This document shows, in pieces, positions 49,112 to 60,122 of a stretch of 64,000 nucleotides of DNA. Source of the DNA: Macrostomum lignano (taxonomy: Eukaryota); the NCBI GenBank assembly GCA_002269645.1, contig NIVC01003729.1, positions 16,216-80,215 on the forward strand. The letters are read 5' to 3'. The position numbers were made by a program, and so were the translations under genes. The notes beneath the pieces were generated by a model. It did not search any database and had not been told where the DNA came from. It worked only from the letters and a program-made list of their open reading frames with translations. How positions within the stretch are numbered: position 1 is the stretch's first letter; every line of letters starts with the position of its first letter.

Positions 49112-51437
49112 ATGTCTGAACTACCAGCATCGCCAGAGTTATCAGGCTCTACAAAAAGAGGCTTGGAAATTGACTGGCACGCTTTCATCAGCGGTCAGAC
49201 GAAGTCGAAGCCAAATCTGAACCAGCCTCAAGAGATCCCTCGCCAGTTGCTGGCGACGCTGCCGCTGAAAACACTGTGGCTGCCACTGCACCCAGCCGAG
49301 GTCGCGGTAGGCCCCGTAAAACTGCCGGTACACCGCCAAGCAGAAGGTTTTCAGTGCTGAAAAACGACTTCAAAAGCTGCTAGAATTCAAAGCCGAAGTT
49401 AACGAAAAGAAGACGACCCGCCTGCACCAGAGCATGAGCCTGCGGGTGCTGCAGGAGTCTGTGAAGTCTGGCCAGCGCTATGCGGCTTACAAGCGAGGCA
49501 CAAAGGCGGAGCGACTGAAGCGCCTGGAAGAGAAGCACATGGCAGCCCTGTGCGGCGTGGTTGTGTACAGCGCAGCGAAGCGGAGCGGCCAGGAGAGCGC
49601 GGAGGTCGTCAAGCCAGAGGAGGCCGAGGCGGCAGAGTCAGCAGCCGAAGATTCGGTGGCAGAGTCAGCAGGCGATGAGGCAGCGGCTGTGAAGGCGGAA
49701 CCAGCAGCGGCGGCCTCTGAAGCAGCGGACGAGACGGCACCAGCTGATGACGGCAGGCGGAGGTCGAAGAAGCCGCGCCGATTCATCGACGAAGAGGAGA
49801 GCGGCGGGGAGCGTCGAAAGCAGCCGCAGCAGCAGCAGCAGCCGGTGATGGCGGAGGAGGCGTCACGGCAGCAAAAGAAGAAGGCGGGCAAACAGAAGCG
49901 CCGATCGACCAGCGAGGGAGCAGCCGGCAGTGGCGGCGCCTCATCAGCAGAGAAAAAGCAGCGACGGCGAAAGCGGAAGAGCGACGCTCTGCCTGAGGCG
50001 GCGGCAGTGAAGGAAGAGCAGCTGGCGGGTGATGAGGCGGCAGGGAAGCTGGAGACTGCAGCGGTGGCAGAGCCGAAGCGAAAGGCAAAGATGAAGATTG
50101 CGGACTCGAGTGTTGAGGAGGCAGAGGGCGGATCGATTTACTGCAGCGTGTGTGGATGCGCAGCTCTGCTGATCTCGCTGCAGGGCAAGATTGACATCTG
50201 CAAGACCTGCTACACGGCCTTCACTGCTAGTCTTCGCTCAGCCAGTCAGCAGAGCGATTTGGAGTGCGACTGCGGAGGCTGTGCCAAGTGCAGGGCTGTT
50301 GCTGTGCTCAAATCGGGCATCGATCTGTCTGTCTACTCAGTTGCTAAGGGCTTTCCCAGCTGGGTGAGTCGCTACGGAGAGCGACCAAAGCCTCAGGCTG
50401 ATTCTGCTGAATCAGGTGGCAAGAAAGCTGTAAAGATAAAGAGGCCATCAGTTGAAGCAGCTCAGCGAATGGGCTCTCTGTATGACTCGGTGAGTCGGGG
50501 CCAACTGCGGCAGTGCGTGCAGGCAGTGACTGGAGACACGGGATCCGTGGCAGTGGATGTGCCGCAGGAGATGTCGAACAGAGAAGAGGCTTGGCGTGAT
50601 GGAGTAGCCGTATTCGGTCGGAAGGGATCTGTGCCCGATATAAGCCAGCCGCAGTGCTTATTGTGCGGTAGCGGTGGTGCAGAGCAGGATCTGATGCTGA
50701 GATGCAGCTGCTGTACTGAGCAGTTTCACCTGTACTGCCTGTCTGTATGCGAGCGGCCTCTGTGGTCCGGCCTGACACCTTGGCGATGCGCCCGTTGCCT
50801 TGTGTGCCGAGTGTGCAAGCGGTCTGGGACAGCGTGTCGCAGCTGCATCAAGTGCGGGGCTGCCTACCATCCAGACTGTCTTGAAGAGAGTCGAGGGTAC
50901 AGCGTGAAGGACTGGCAGCTGTGCTGCGACTGTGCAGCCTGTAAGCACTGCGGCAAAGTATTCAGCGATGACTGGTCAGACTGGGACAACTTGTGCCAGC
51001 ACTGCGAGAGCACCGAGGTGACTTGCCACGAGTGTCATCGGGTCACCTCTCTGATTGGCAATTCATTGGCGTGCTCCACCCCAGACTGCAAGAATGTGGT
51101 GCACGCCACCTGCGCTGGCATCAATGACGAGCTGTACCACGTGTACCTGGTGAACGAGCAGCTGGACTTTTTCTGTCGGGACTGCGACTCTCGGGGCTTC
51201 CACGCTCTGAAGGCCGCCTGCGTGAAGGACCTCCGAGCCAGGATCCGCGCCCTGAGCGAGAGCCTCGGACTGCCGTCTCGGCCTCAGCAGCTGGACGGCG
51301 TCCTGGACGACATTGATGAGGCCAGGCATGAGGCTGCGGCTGAGAAGATCTTCTGCAGGATGCCTCCGTACCAGGAGTTCAGCTCGGGACACGACCTGGT
51401 CAAAGCCATCATCATTGAGCTCATCGAGGCCTGCAAG
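49112..51437 (+). CDS. trx: trx copy B large exon, with an N-terminal AT-hook extension split by two -1 frameshifts
   Basis: From 49434 it is nearly identical to copy A. Upstream frames give MSELPASPEL..., then ...PSRGRGRPRK (AT-hook). Adding 2 nt makes the length 2328 nt (776 codons). Donor AAG|GTAAGC at 51438. Confidence 0.88.
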
Positions 51438-51573
51438 GTAAGCTGAGACGGGGGAACCATTCTTTGTTACTTCTAGAAGCAGACCCTAGGCAGAAGCCTT
51501 CCTTTTCTGCTCCTAGTAGCAGATCCTCAGCAAACCATTGCAATTCCAGAAGCAACCTCCTCTCCATCCACAG

Positions 51574-52560
51574 ATCCCTGACAAGCTGCCGGACTGTGCG
51601 CTGCTGTCAACGGCCCTAGACAAAGGAGTTGCTGCGCTGTTCTCGTGGCTTCGCCTTGCTGATCTCCGCGCGGAGGTCCTGGATGCAGCGCCAAGATGCC
51701 CGAGCCGGTGGACGCTGACGCGTTGAGCTGCTCGATGATGAAGGAGTGCCGGAGCTGTCAGTGAGGAAGCTGAGAGAGGCGACTGCAGTTGATGGAGCTG
51801 GCGAATGCGAGCTGTGCGGTCAGAGGAAGCAGGACTCGGTGCTCGGGCGGCTGCTGCCAAGCGCGCGGACCTCCTGGATTCACGCGGGCTGCGCGCTGTT
51901 CTCGCCGGAGATTCGAGTTGACGAGAGCGACTGCATTCAGGGAGTTCGGGCTGCTGTGCGCAGAGCTCGGGGCAACAGGTGCTCAGAGTGCGGCAAGGTG
52001 GGAGCGAGCATCGATGTCTGAGCCTGTCGTGTCCTCGGGTTTGTCACCTTGGCTGCGCCCTGACGTCTGGCTGGCAGTTCAGCGACCTCTGCGAGTGCCG
52101 CTGCAGCGACTGCGCCGACATTGCAGAGTTTGCAGGCTGCGACCTTCCGCCCAGCGACTTTGGCCGCCTGTTGTGCCAGCGGCTGGTGGTGGGTGCAGCG
52201 GACCAGAGCCTCTGCGAGGTGTCCCTGCCGCCTGATGAGGTGACCGTCAGGATTGGCGGCCTGTTGATCACCCGGCTTGGCTGCCTGCGTGCAGAGTCCG
52301 GCTCCATGGGCACCGTGCTGCTGCCTGTGGCTTTAGGGCCCAGCGCCAGTTCTGGAGCATCCGGGAGGCTGGCAAGATCAGCATCTACGACTGGAGACTG
52401 CAGGCTGAGGCTGGCAAGGTGCGCTTTGTGCTGGCGTCTCGCGAAGAGTCCTTGCGACTGTGCGCCTCCCATCCAGTCACGGTGATGAGGCGGCTGTGCC
52501 AGATGGTGGGCGAGTGCTGGACAGCGCAGGTCAACGGGCGGAAGCCGCTGCTACTGGCAG
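51574..52560 (+). CDS. trx: trx copy B ePHD-FYRN-FYRC exon carrying four single-base deletions relative to copy A
   Basis: Acceptor CCATCCACAG| at 51573, donor |GTGAGA at 52561. It is 987 nt vs 991 nt in copy A, with deletions near 51693, 51751, 52015 and 52329. Confidence 0.85.
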
Positions 52561-52719
52561 GTGAGAGATTTGTCCTGCTGTAGCCTTGATCTGAACTTAT
52601 TGAATGTTGGAAGCATTCCTATTCAAATGGACTTGACAGTGTAGCCAGTTAGTCCTCCGTAACTAATAAACACAACTCATGCTCGATTCAAATCTAATGT
52701 ATCACATCTCCAATTCAAT

Positions 52720-53000
52720 GCATCCTAAATCCCAAATCCTGTAATATTCACATTTATAATCCTACATCCCAAATCCTGTAATATTCACATCTCTAATCCC
52801 CTACATCCCAAATCCTGTAATATTCACATCTCTAATCCCCTACATCCCAAATCCTGTAATATTCACATCTCTAATCCCCTGCATCCCAAATCCTGTAATA
52901 TTCACATCTCTAATCCCCTACATCCGAAATCCTGTAATATTCACATTTCTGATCCCCTACATCCGAAATCCTGTAATATTCAAATCTCTAATCCCCTACA
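52720..53000. repeat. 39-bp minisatellite (CATCCCAAATCCTGTAATATTCACATCTCTAATCCCCTA), resuming briefly at about 54075-54150
   Basis: Period 39 (52765 vs 52804); the array is interrupted by an insertion of about 1.07 kb. Confidence 0.9.
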
Positions 53001-54065
53001 CCTGTTGGAAAAGTGATGCACCTGTGTATATAGGCTTAAAAGGTGAGCGAGGTGCACAAAAGAGGCACTTTGGTGGCCTATTTCGTGCATGTTTTGGAAA
53101 GGCACATGAGTGCACCTTTTATGCCTAAGTGTCACCAATATTTTTGAAAAGAGGCATGAAAGGTATAAAATCGGTGAAGTGGTCAGGCAGTGGGTGAATT
53201 CTCAATTTTGATTGGTTGCGGCGGTAGGGGCAGTAAAGGTGTGTAAGGGGCACTGGAGGTGCGCAAAAGGTGAAGAGTAGGCTCACAAGTGACGGGAGGT
53301 GCAGAAGGGGCACAGAAAGTGCATGAAAGGTGAATTTGAGGTGGGCGTACATGATTCTAATTATACTACTTCTTTCAGTTTGCCTGAGTAAATAGGTGCA
53401 TACAGGTGCATTTCCAAAACAAGCACGAAATAGGCCACTAAATATAAATGTCTCTTTTGTGCACCTCGCTCACCTTTTATGCCTACGCAGTTGCATAACT
53501 TTCCAATGGGAATTAGTAATAAAAATTAACTGAGAGTTACATACTCGTATATTGCAGGCACAGATTGAACATAGAAAAGCTTTATTTACACCTATACTAA
53601 TCGCGGCTATCCCCTTCCTGATTCTGGCCAACCACGATAGTAAACATTCCCTATACCGATAAGTTCCAATGACTTTCAAATACTGAGGAAAAGTTGCGAA
53701 AAGTGGTGAAAAGTTTTGCATCAGTGTGGAAAAGTTTCGAATCTTTCCAAAGAATAGTGAGGAAAAGTAGCAAAGAAAAGTTGGAATGCCCCTTGCATTG
53801 CTTCTACACCTAAAGTGCCCACTGTGCACCTTTTGTTCACCTTTTGTGCCTCCAATGCACACACTGCACCTTTAATGCACCTAACTCCCCTATGACACCT
53901 GTGCCCCTACCGCATATTTCATGCCTTAAATTCACCTTTTGACCCTGCAGAGGCACTCAGGTGAACACGCGGTGCACAAGTGGAACAAAATAGGCATAAG
54001 AGAGGCGAAAGTGAGGCAAAAGGTGCAAAACTCTTCACCTTTTATGCCTACTTTAGAAAATCAAA
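53001..54065. mobile_element. Foldback/MITE-like non-autonomous insertion rich in GCACCT/AGGTGC motifs
   Basis: Inverted arms of about 80 bp at 53031-53110 and 53405-53485. CACCTTTTATGCCTA recurs near 53113, 53471 and 54036, and the segment splits the 39-bp array. Confidence 0.6.
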
Positions 54066-54233
54066 ATCCAACGGGACATCCCAAATCCTAAATCCTGTAA
54101 TATTCACATCTCTAATCTCTTCCATTCCAAATCCCAAATCCTATACATTTAGATTCGCAATGCAGTGCTTACTAAATGATATTTCCTCATTCCCTAGTAT
54201 CTACCACCTAGTATTTCTCCCTCAATTTCACAG

Positions 54234-54988
54234 GCAACGGCTGGAGCTCAGTGGGAATTGTCCATCCCAGAGTTGTGTGGTGCGTGGAGCAGCTGGGATT
54301 CTGCCGCGGCTACTCTCCTAAGTATTTAATCCACCGCTGGGCGCAGCTGCGCAAGCAGGAGTCTTCGCCAAACGCCAGCGGCTGCGCCCGCTCAGAGCCG
54401 TTCAAGGCAGCCAGCAGGCCGGAGGCTGCAGCAGGCAACTCGCAGTTGAAGCGCACCTTCAGCTTCCTGCTGAGCTCAGCCCGCAGGCCCGTGACGACAG
54501 TTGAGCAGCAGTGCAGCGAGGAGGCTGCGGTGGTCACAGTGCGCAACCAGATTCGTGTGGCCCGCAGTGAGCATTGGCAGTGCAGAGTCCAGGTGCTACC
54601 ATCCAGTATCCATGGCCTGGGCCTGTTCGCTGTGCGGCCGTTTGCGAAGGCCGAGTTCATAGTTGAGTACACTGGAGAGCTCATCAGAGCCAGCCTGTCT
54701 GAGGCCAAGGAGAAATTCTACCAGAGCCGCAACATTGACTGCTACCTGTTCAAGGTGAACTGGCAGTGGGTGATTGACGCCAGCATGAAGGGTGGCCCAG
54801 CGCGCTTCATCAACCACAGCTGCTCACCAAACTGCGTGACTCGAGTCATGGACCAGCGAATTCTGATTGTTGCTGGGCGGGACATCGCGGCTGGAGAGGA
54901 GCTGACGTACGATTACCGGTTTGATAAGGAGGAGGACAAGGTGGCCTGTCACTGCGGGTCCGTGAGCTGCAGGAAGTTCCTCAACTGA
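54234..54988 (+). CDS. trx: trx copy B last exon (FYRC end, WIN motif, SET, post-SET), intact
   Basis: Acceptor TTTCACAG| at 54233; 755 nt as in copy A; SET and post-SET protein sequence identical to copy A. Confidence 0.95.
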
Positions 54989-55525
54989 TTGAGTAGCTTT
55001 TGAGCTGACTGGGTGTTTTGGTTGAGTAGGATTGAGTGACTCAGCTGAGTGAGTAGCTTTTGAGCTGACTGGGGTGTTTCGGTTGAGTAGGATTGAGTGA
55101 CTCAGCTGAGTGAGTAGCTTTTGAGCTGACTGGGGTGTTTTGGTTGAGTAGGATGGAGTGACTCAGCTGAGTAAGTAGCTTTTGAGCTGACTGGGGTGTT
55201 TCGGTTGAGTAGGATTGAGTGACTCAGCTGAGTGAGTAGCTTTTCAGCTGACTGGGGTGTTTTGGTTGAGTAGGATTGAGCGACTCAGCTGAGTGAGTAG
55301 CTTTTGAGCTGACTGGGTGTTTTGGTTGAGTAGGATTGAGCGACTCAGCTGAGTGAGTAACTTTTGAGCTGACTGGGGTGTTTTGGTTGAGTAACTCAGC
55401 TGAGTGAGTAGCTTTTGAGCTGACTGGGGTGTTTCGTTTGAGTAGGATTGAGTGACTCAGCTGATTGAGTAGCTTCTGAGCTGACTGGGGTGTTTGGTTG
55501 AGCGACTCAGCTGATTGAGTAGCCA
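54985..55525. repeat. 60/61-bp minisatellite after the stop of copy B (inverse of the 34420-35451 array, about 9 units)
   Basis: Same unit, reverse-complemented; shorter than in copy A. Confidence 0.95.
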
Positions 55526-56303
55526 GCGTTTTTGCAGCTGTTTTGTTTTTAGTACATCTGAAATTGTGCATAACTGCGACTTCAAATATTACCTTTGCAC
55601 GTCTGCTTGATTTGTATTTGTGCTCTCGTGTAACCCTATAAACATTCTGTACAGTTTAGTGCAAGCTGAAGCTAGATTAGCAGCTTGAACTTGTACGCTA
55701 ATCTTCATTATTATGCTAGTATTCCAAGTATTAAATTAATAAAAATAATCATGTTTGTTGTGCAATCGCTTATTACTTTCGGGGAATAGTTTCTGTTGTA
55801 TTTCTCAAATAAATTAATTTGTAGCTGGTGTATGTATTGTCTTATTCATCATGTTAATGATGTCAACAATAGTTAGCTATGAACTATTTTTATCAAGAAG
55901 ACTACTTTGTGTAATTTTTGTTGCTTGTATATTTCAATATGTGCATATGCTATCTCAGCGCTTGTCAATAGTAGCACGAATAGCAAATTTAATTAACTTT
56001 AACTTTTTGTTAAAATACAATCAAATACATTTATCTGCGTGGCGTCTTGCCCTGATTTCTGGTTGCAAGGCAAAGTTTTTTACTTTATAATGGCAATAGA
56101 TATTTTTAACAGGATTTGTTAAACTTTTTTGTGTTATTTTACTGGGTGCAGTCTGTAAACTGGATTCTACTGACTTATGAATGCTTCATAAACTCAAGAA
56201 CGTGCTTTTTAAAAGTAAGTCAGTTGTGGCTACCAATCTAGTGCCCCCCTCGGGGTGCCCAATAGGCAAGGGACAAATTATTTTAAATTAGGAAAACTAT
56301 CCT

Positions 56304-56912
56304 ATTTGCCTTGACACCTAAGCAATTCCCCCAGTAAGCCTCGACATCTTAGCAATTCCCCAAGTAAGCCTTGACATCTTAGCGATTCCACAAGTAAGCC
56401 TTGACATCTTAGCGATTCCCCCAGTAAGCCTTGACATCTTAGCGATTCCCCAAGTAAGCCTTGGCACCTTAGCGATTCCACAAGTAAGCCTTGACATCTT
56501 AGCAATGCCTTGACATCTTAGCGATTCCACAAGTAAGCCTTGACACCTTAGCGATTCCACAAGTAAGCCTTGACATCTTAGCAATGCCTTGACATCTTAG
56601 CGATTCCACAAGTAAGCCTTGACATCTTAGCGATTCCACAAGTAAGCCTTGACATCTTAGCGATTCCACAAGTAAGCCTTGACATCTTAGCGATTCCACA
56701 AGTAAGCCTTGACATCTTAGTGATTCCACAAGTAAGCCTTGACATCTTAGCAATGCCTTGACATCTTAGCGATTCCACAAGTAAGCCTTGACATCTTAGC
56801 GATTCCACAAGTAAGCCTTGACATCTTAGCGATTCCACAAGTAAGCCTTGACATCTTAGCGATTCCCCCAGTAGGCCTTGACATCTACGCAATTCACCCA
56901 GTAAGCCTCGGC
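56304..56912. repeat. 30-bp minisatellite (GATTCCACAAGTAAGCCTTGACATCTTAGC) with truncated 19-bp units
   Basis: Direct tandem periodicity; explains the 10-aa-repeat ORFs in the track. Confidence 0.95.
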
Positions 56913-58052
56913 ATGTTTATTACGAGCTACATTTTGCGGCAAAATATTCTGCTTTTGGCGGTTCCTGTCGAAGATAAGATGCGAGCCTAGTTTCTCACGA
57001 ACGCCATAAATAAGCGTACGCACTTGAAAATATTGCTGTAGCTAATTTAACTCATTACGTAGTTATTATTGTCTAAGAAAATGCTAAATGAAAAGAAAAA
57101 AAGAACAGTGAGGCGAAGCATTCTGTGAATTCGCAATAGCTGTAAAATTACACTCGTACAAGTACAACTAAAACTGCATAATTTAGAAATGCAAACCAAA
57201 AAGTTTATTCATCTCTAGATACTCTTCAATACTCCAATCTTATAGAATACGAGGCCAACTCCTCCGTTGGAGGAAAAAGGGAATAGAACTCCCATCGCCA
57301 GAATTCCATTCCCTGAAATCCATCAGCTGAATCCCATGACCGGAATCCTATCTTCCAAATGGCCTCCGCGAAACAAATCCTATCCGTGAAACAGAACTTC
57401 ATCATCTCTTCATGAAACTGAAATCTATCAAAATCCCCTCTGTTAAACGACATCTAACAATATCATCTCCGTCAACCAATACTAATAAATTTAAATTTAA
57501 ATCACTGGTTAGAGTTATAAGGTTAGGGTTAGGGATACACAGAGCAGCCTGTTAAAAGGCGCTGATAATAAAAAATTGAACCAATTGATGGCGTAATCGA
57601 TTTCTCCGCCAGTCAGTATCATTCTCAGTTAAAGTTACAAAAATGGTTACGCAATCTAAATCAACTTAACCCTCCAATACACAACGATCCCCTTCCAATA
57701 CACAGAGCCAGTTTAGAAGTTGAACCCCTTCCCAAATTTATCTATTACGTCTCGCAAAAATGAGTACAATCTTTGCAAAAAGGTAAAACTATGAAAAGTG
57801 ATTTTGAATGATGTGCTTTCTGTTTTCATATTTAAAGCAAACAACTTAGATCACCGAACTCAGCGTAGAAAGCTGCAAATAAAGCTATGGACCAAAAGGT
57901 GAATGCTTGTTGCACCAAATTAAATGCCGCTGAACCAACTTTGCTACCACAGACAAAAACTCCATTTTGATAAATCTTACTCATTTTTGTTTCGCTTGAT
58001 CTTCACTTTTAGCATTCTTCACTTTTCACACCATCGCTGAGGCAGTTCTGCC

Positions 58053-58501
58053 CATGGAGGAAAGAATAGAATGGAGTGCTAATCTGAGCCAGTTATTTTT
58101 ATCTCGCTCGATTTTCGCTTTTAACATCCCTTTCCCCCCGTTCCTTCCTATTGGCAGGATTCTCACATTGGATGGCTTTTTATCACTTTGCTTATCCTTT
58201 ATAGTATATGGCCCATAGACTAAGGCTGCACGCAGCCAGGCCCTTCGCAGTCAGCGTAGGCAGGATTCTCACTTTGGATGGCTTTATTCTCAGTTAGGCT
58301 GACAAAACCAATACTATGCTGGGACAGACCTTTCAGAGGGGAACGAAAACGAAAACGAGACGAAAAATACTTTGTCTATGGCAGTCACGAGCCAATAGGA
58401 AAGAACGGGGGGGGGGGGGGAAAGGGATGTTAAAAGTGAAGATCGAGCGAGATAAAAATAACTGGCTCAGATTAGCACTCCATTCTATTCTTTCCTCCAT
58501 G
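58053..58501. mobile_element. MITE with about 105-bp TIRs and 8-bp TSD (hAT- or P-like)
   Basis: CATGGAGGAAAGAATAGAATGGAG... at 58053 and its reverse complement ending 58501; GTTCTGCC duplicated at 58045-58052 and 58502-58509. Confidence 0.9.
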
Positions 58502-58634
58502 GTTCTGCCCATTCCGCTGAATCCTGGGACCGATTTCATGAGCAACTGGTAAATTACCAGTTAGCAGCAGCTACAATAACCGCGGATATTCAGCAGTCTG
58601 CTAAAATCTGATTTCATGAAGGAACTGGTAAATA

Positions 58635-59286
58635 CACTCAGCAACATTTAAAACGCAACACTCTGACTAGAAGAAAAATCAACTCACTCAGAAGAGTCAA
58701 AGCGCATAGTCTATGGTTCAAATCGAGCTTCAGAAACGCGTGTAGCCTCCTCTCGCAAGTAACAGGGCGTTGACTCGACGTGGCATTCCCAGAACAAGGC
58801 GTCGAAAAAAGTCCTGGGGAATTTCCTGCCACGCGTTAGCAACAGCGTTTCGCAGTTCAGCGACTGTCTGCGGCGGATTCTGCCGTTGAACACTCCGCTT
58901 GATAAAGTCCCAGACATGTTCAATTGGGTTCATATCAGGGGATCTTGAAGGCCACCGAAGAGTACGCAGGTGCAGCTGGTCCTTGAGTTCGCTGACTCTT
59001 TGTTGAAGGCGACCTCCCGAAGTGGTTCGCAACTGTTCGAAGAGTACAACCTGCTTCCAACATTCCGACTGCTCGCCATCTTTCCGCGTCTGTCATCTGT
59101 TGAACCATTCTCTCAGCTGGATCACTCTATCTGAAAACAGTCCATAGTCATCGCCCTGTTACTTGCGAGAGGAAGCTACACGCGTTTCTGAAGCTCGATT
59201 TGAACCATAGACTATGCGCTTTGACTCTTCTGAGTGAGTTGATTTTTCTTCTAGTTAGAGTGTTGCGTTTTAAATGTTGCTGAGTG
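58635..59286 (-). mobile_element. Internally deleted Tc1/mariner element with 135-bp TIRs
   Basis: TIRs at 58635-58769 and 59152-59286 (2 mismatches) with TA flanks. It retains the N-terminal HTH (MTDAERWRAVGMLEAGCTLRTVANHFGRSPST) and the C-terminus (WPSRSPDMNPIEHVW...GGYTRF*) in different frames. Confidence 0.93.
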
Positions 59287-60122
59287 TATCTGCTGGTAAA
59301 TATCAGTACTGCTATTCTCCCTAGCATAGAATTCGTGCCATAGACATGCGTTCTGCAGCAGAAGAAGCTGAGAGTTGGAGAAAGAGAAAGAGAAGGAGCG
59401 GGTAGTATATAAGGCTCTAGTCTCGCTAGCTTAGAAGTCAAAACTGAAAAGATTTTAAAAGTGCACAACCATGTGACCCACGCCGGAACAAAAGCTCCTC
59501 TTTCTGTCTCTCATGCGAGACAAAAAGGCCGTTTTGTTCGGTAGTTTTGCGGATCGAGTACCTACAAACGCATCATCCAATACCGTGCGACCTTGAATGT
59601 TGCAACTGCATGTTTTGTCCACTAATTTCGCACCAGATAGCCCCTCCCAAGTTGAAAATCTGTATCATCTCTCGCTCGCTTACTAAAAAAAGTTTATTCG
59701 AAACCAGTCTGCGGGCTATGAGCTATGACGATTTAAAACTGAAGTCGAGTTTGAACTGCATTGAGCTTCGAGATAGAATCGTACTGTGGTGATAAGACGG
59801 ACGTGCGTGATTATACCTTGATAAAAAATGTCGTCGCAATCTGCATAAATTACCAACTGAAATATAACTGCAAAATCTACAATACGTCTTGTCGGGCAAG
59901 AAAATGAGGGGGGGGGTAGCACTTTAAAAATCTTTTGCAAGGTCTACCTGTCTAGGTCTCCTCACTTATCAAGCGCTGCACCCTTGCATAAATACTGCGC
60001 GCAATAATATAATTTGGTCTTTATTATTCAACTCATCTTCTATATAAATTGGTCTACTATAAGCACTTTGCTAAAGAAACTATAGCTTCTCCTACGTGCA
60101 GCAGGCAAAGTATTCATAGAAA

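Noticed and set aside
34420-55525. Simple haplotig or inverted assembly duplication as the explanation for two trx copies
   Set aside because: The copies have distinct introns, exon ends, N-termini and flanks, which a duplicated contig would not produce. Cross-polishing of the near-identical cores remains possible.
55224-56892. ORFs with HSAESLNPTQPK and LRCQGLLVES repeats
   Set aside because: Translations of the 60-bp and 30-bp minisatellites.
57518-57534. GGTTAGGGTTAGGG as an interstitial telomere
   Set aside because: Only two units; expected by chance or as part of a TE end.
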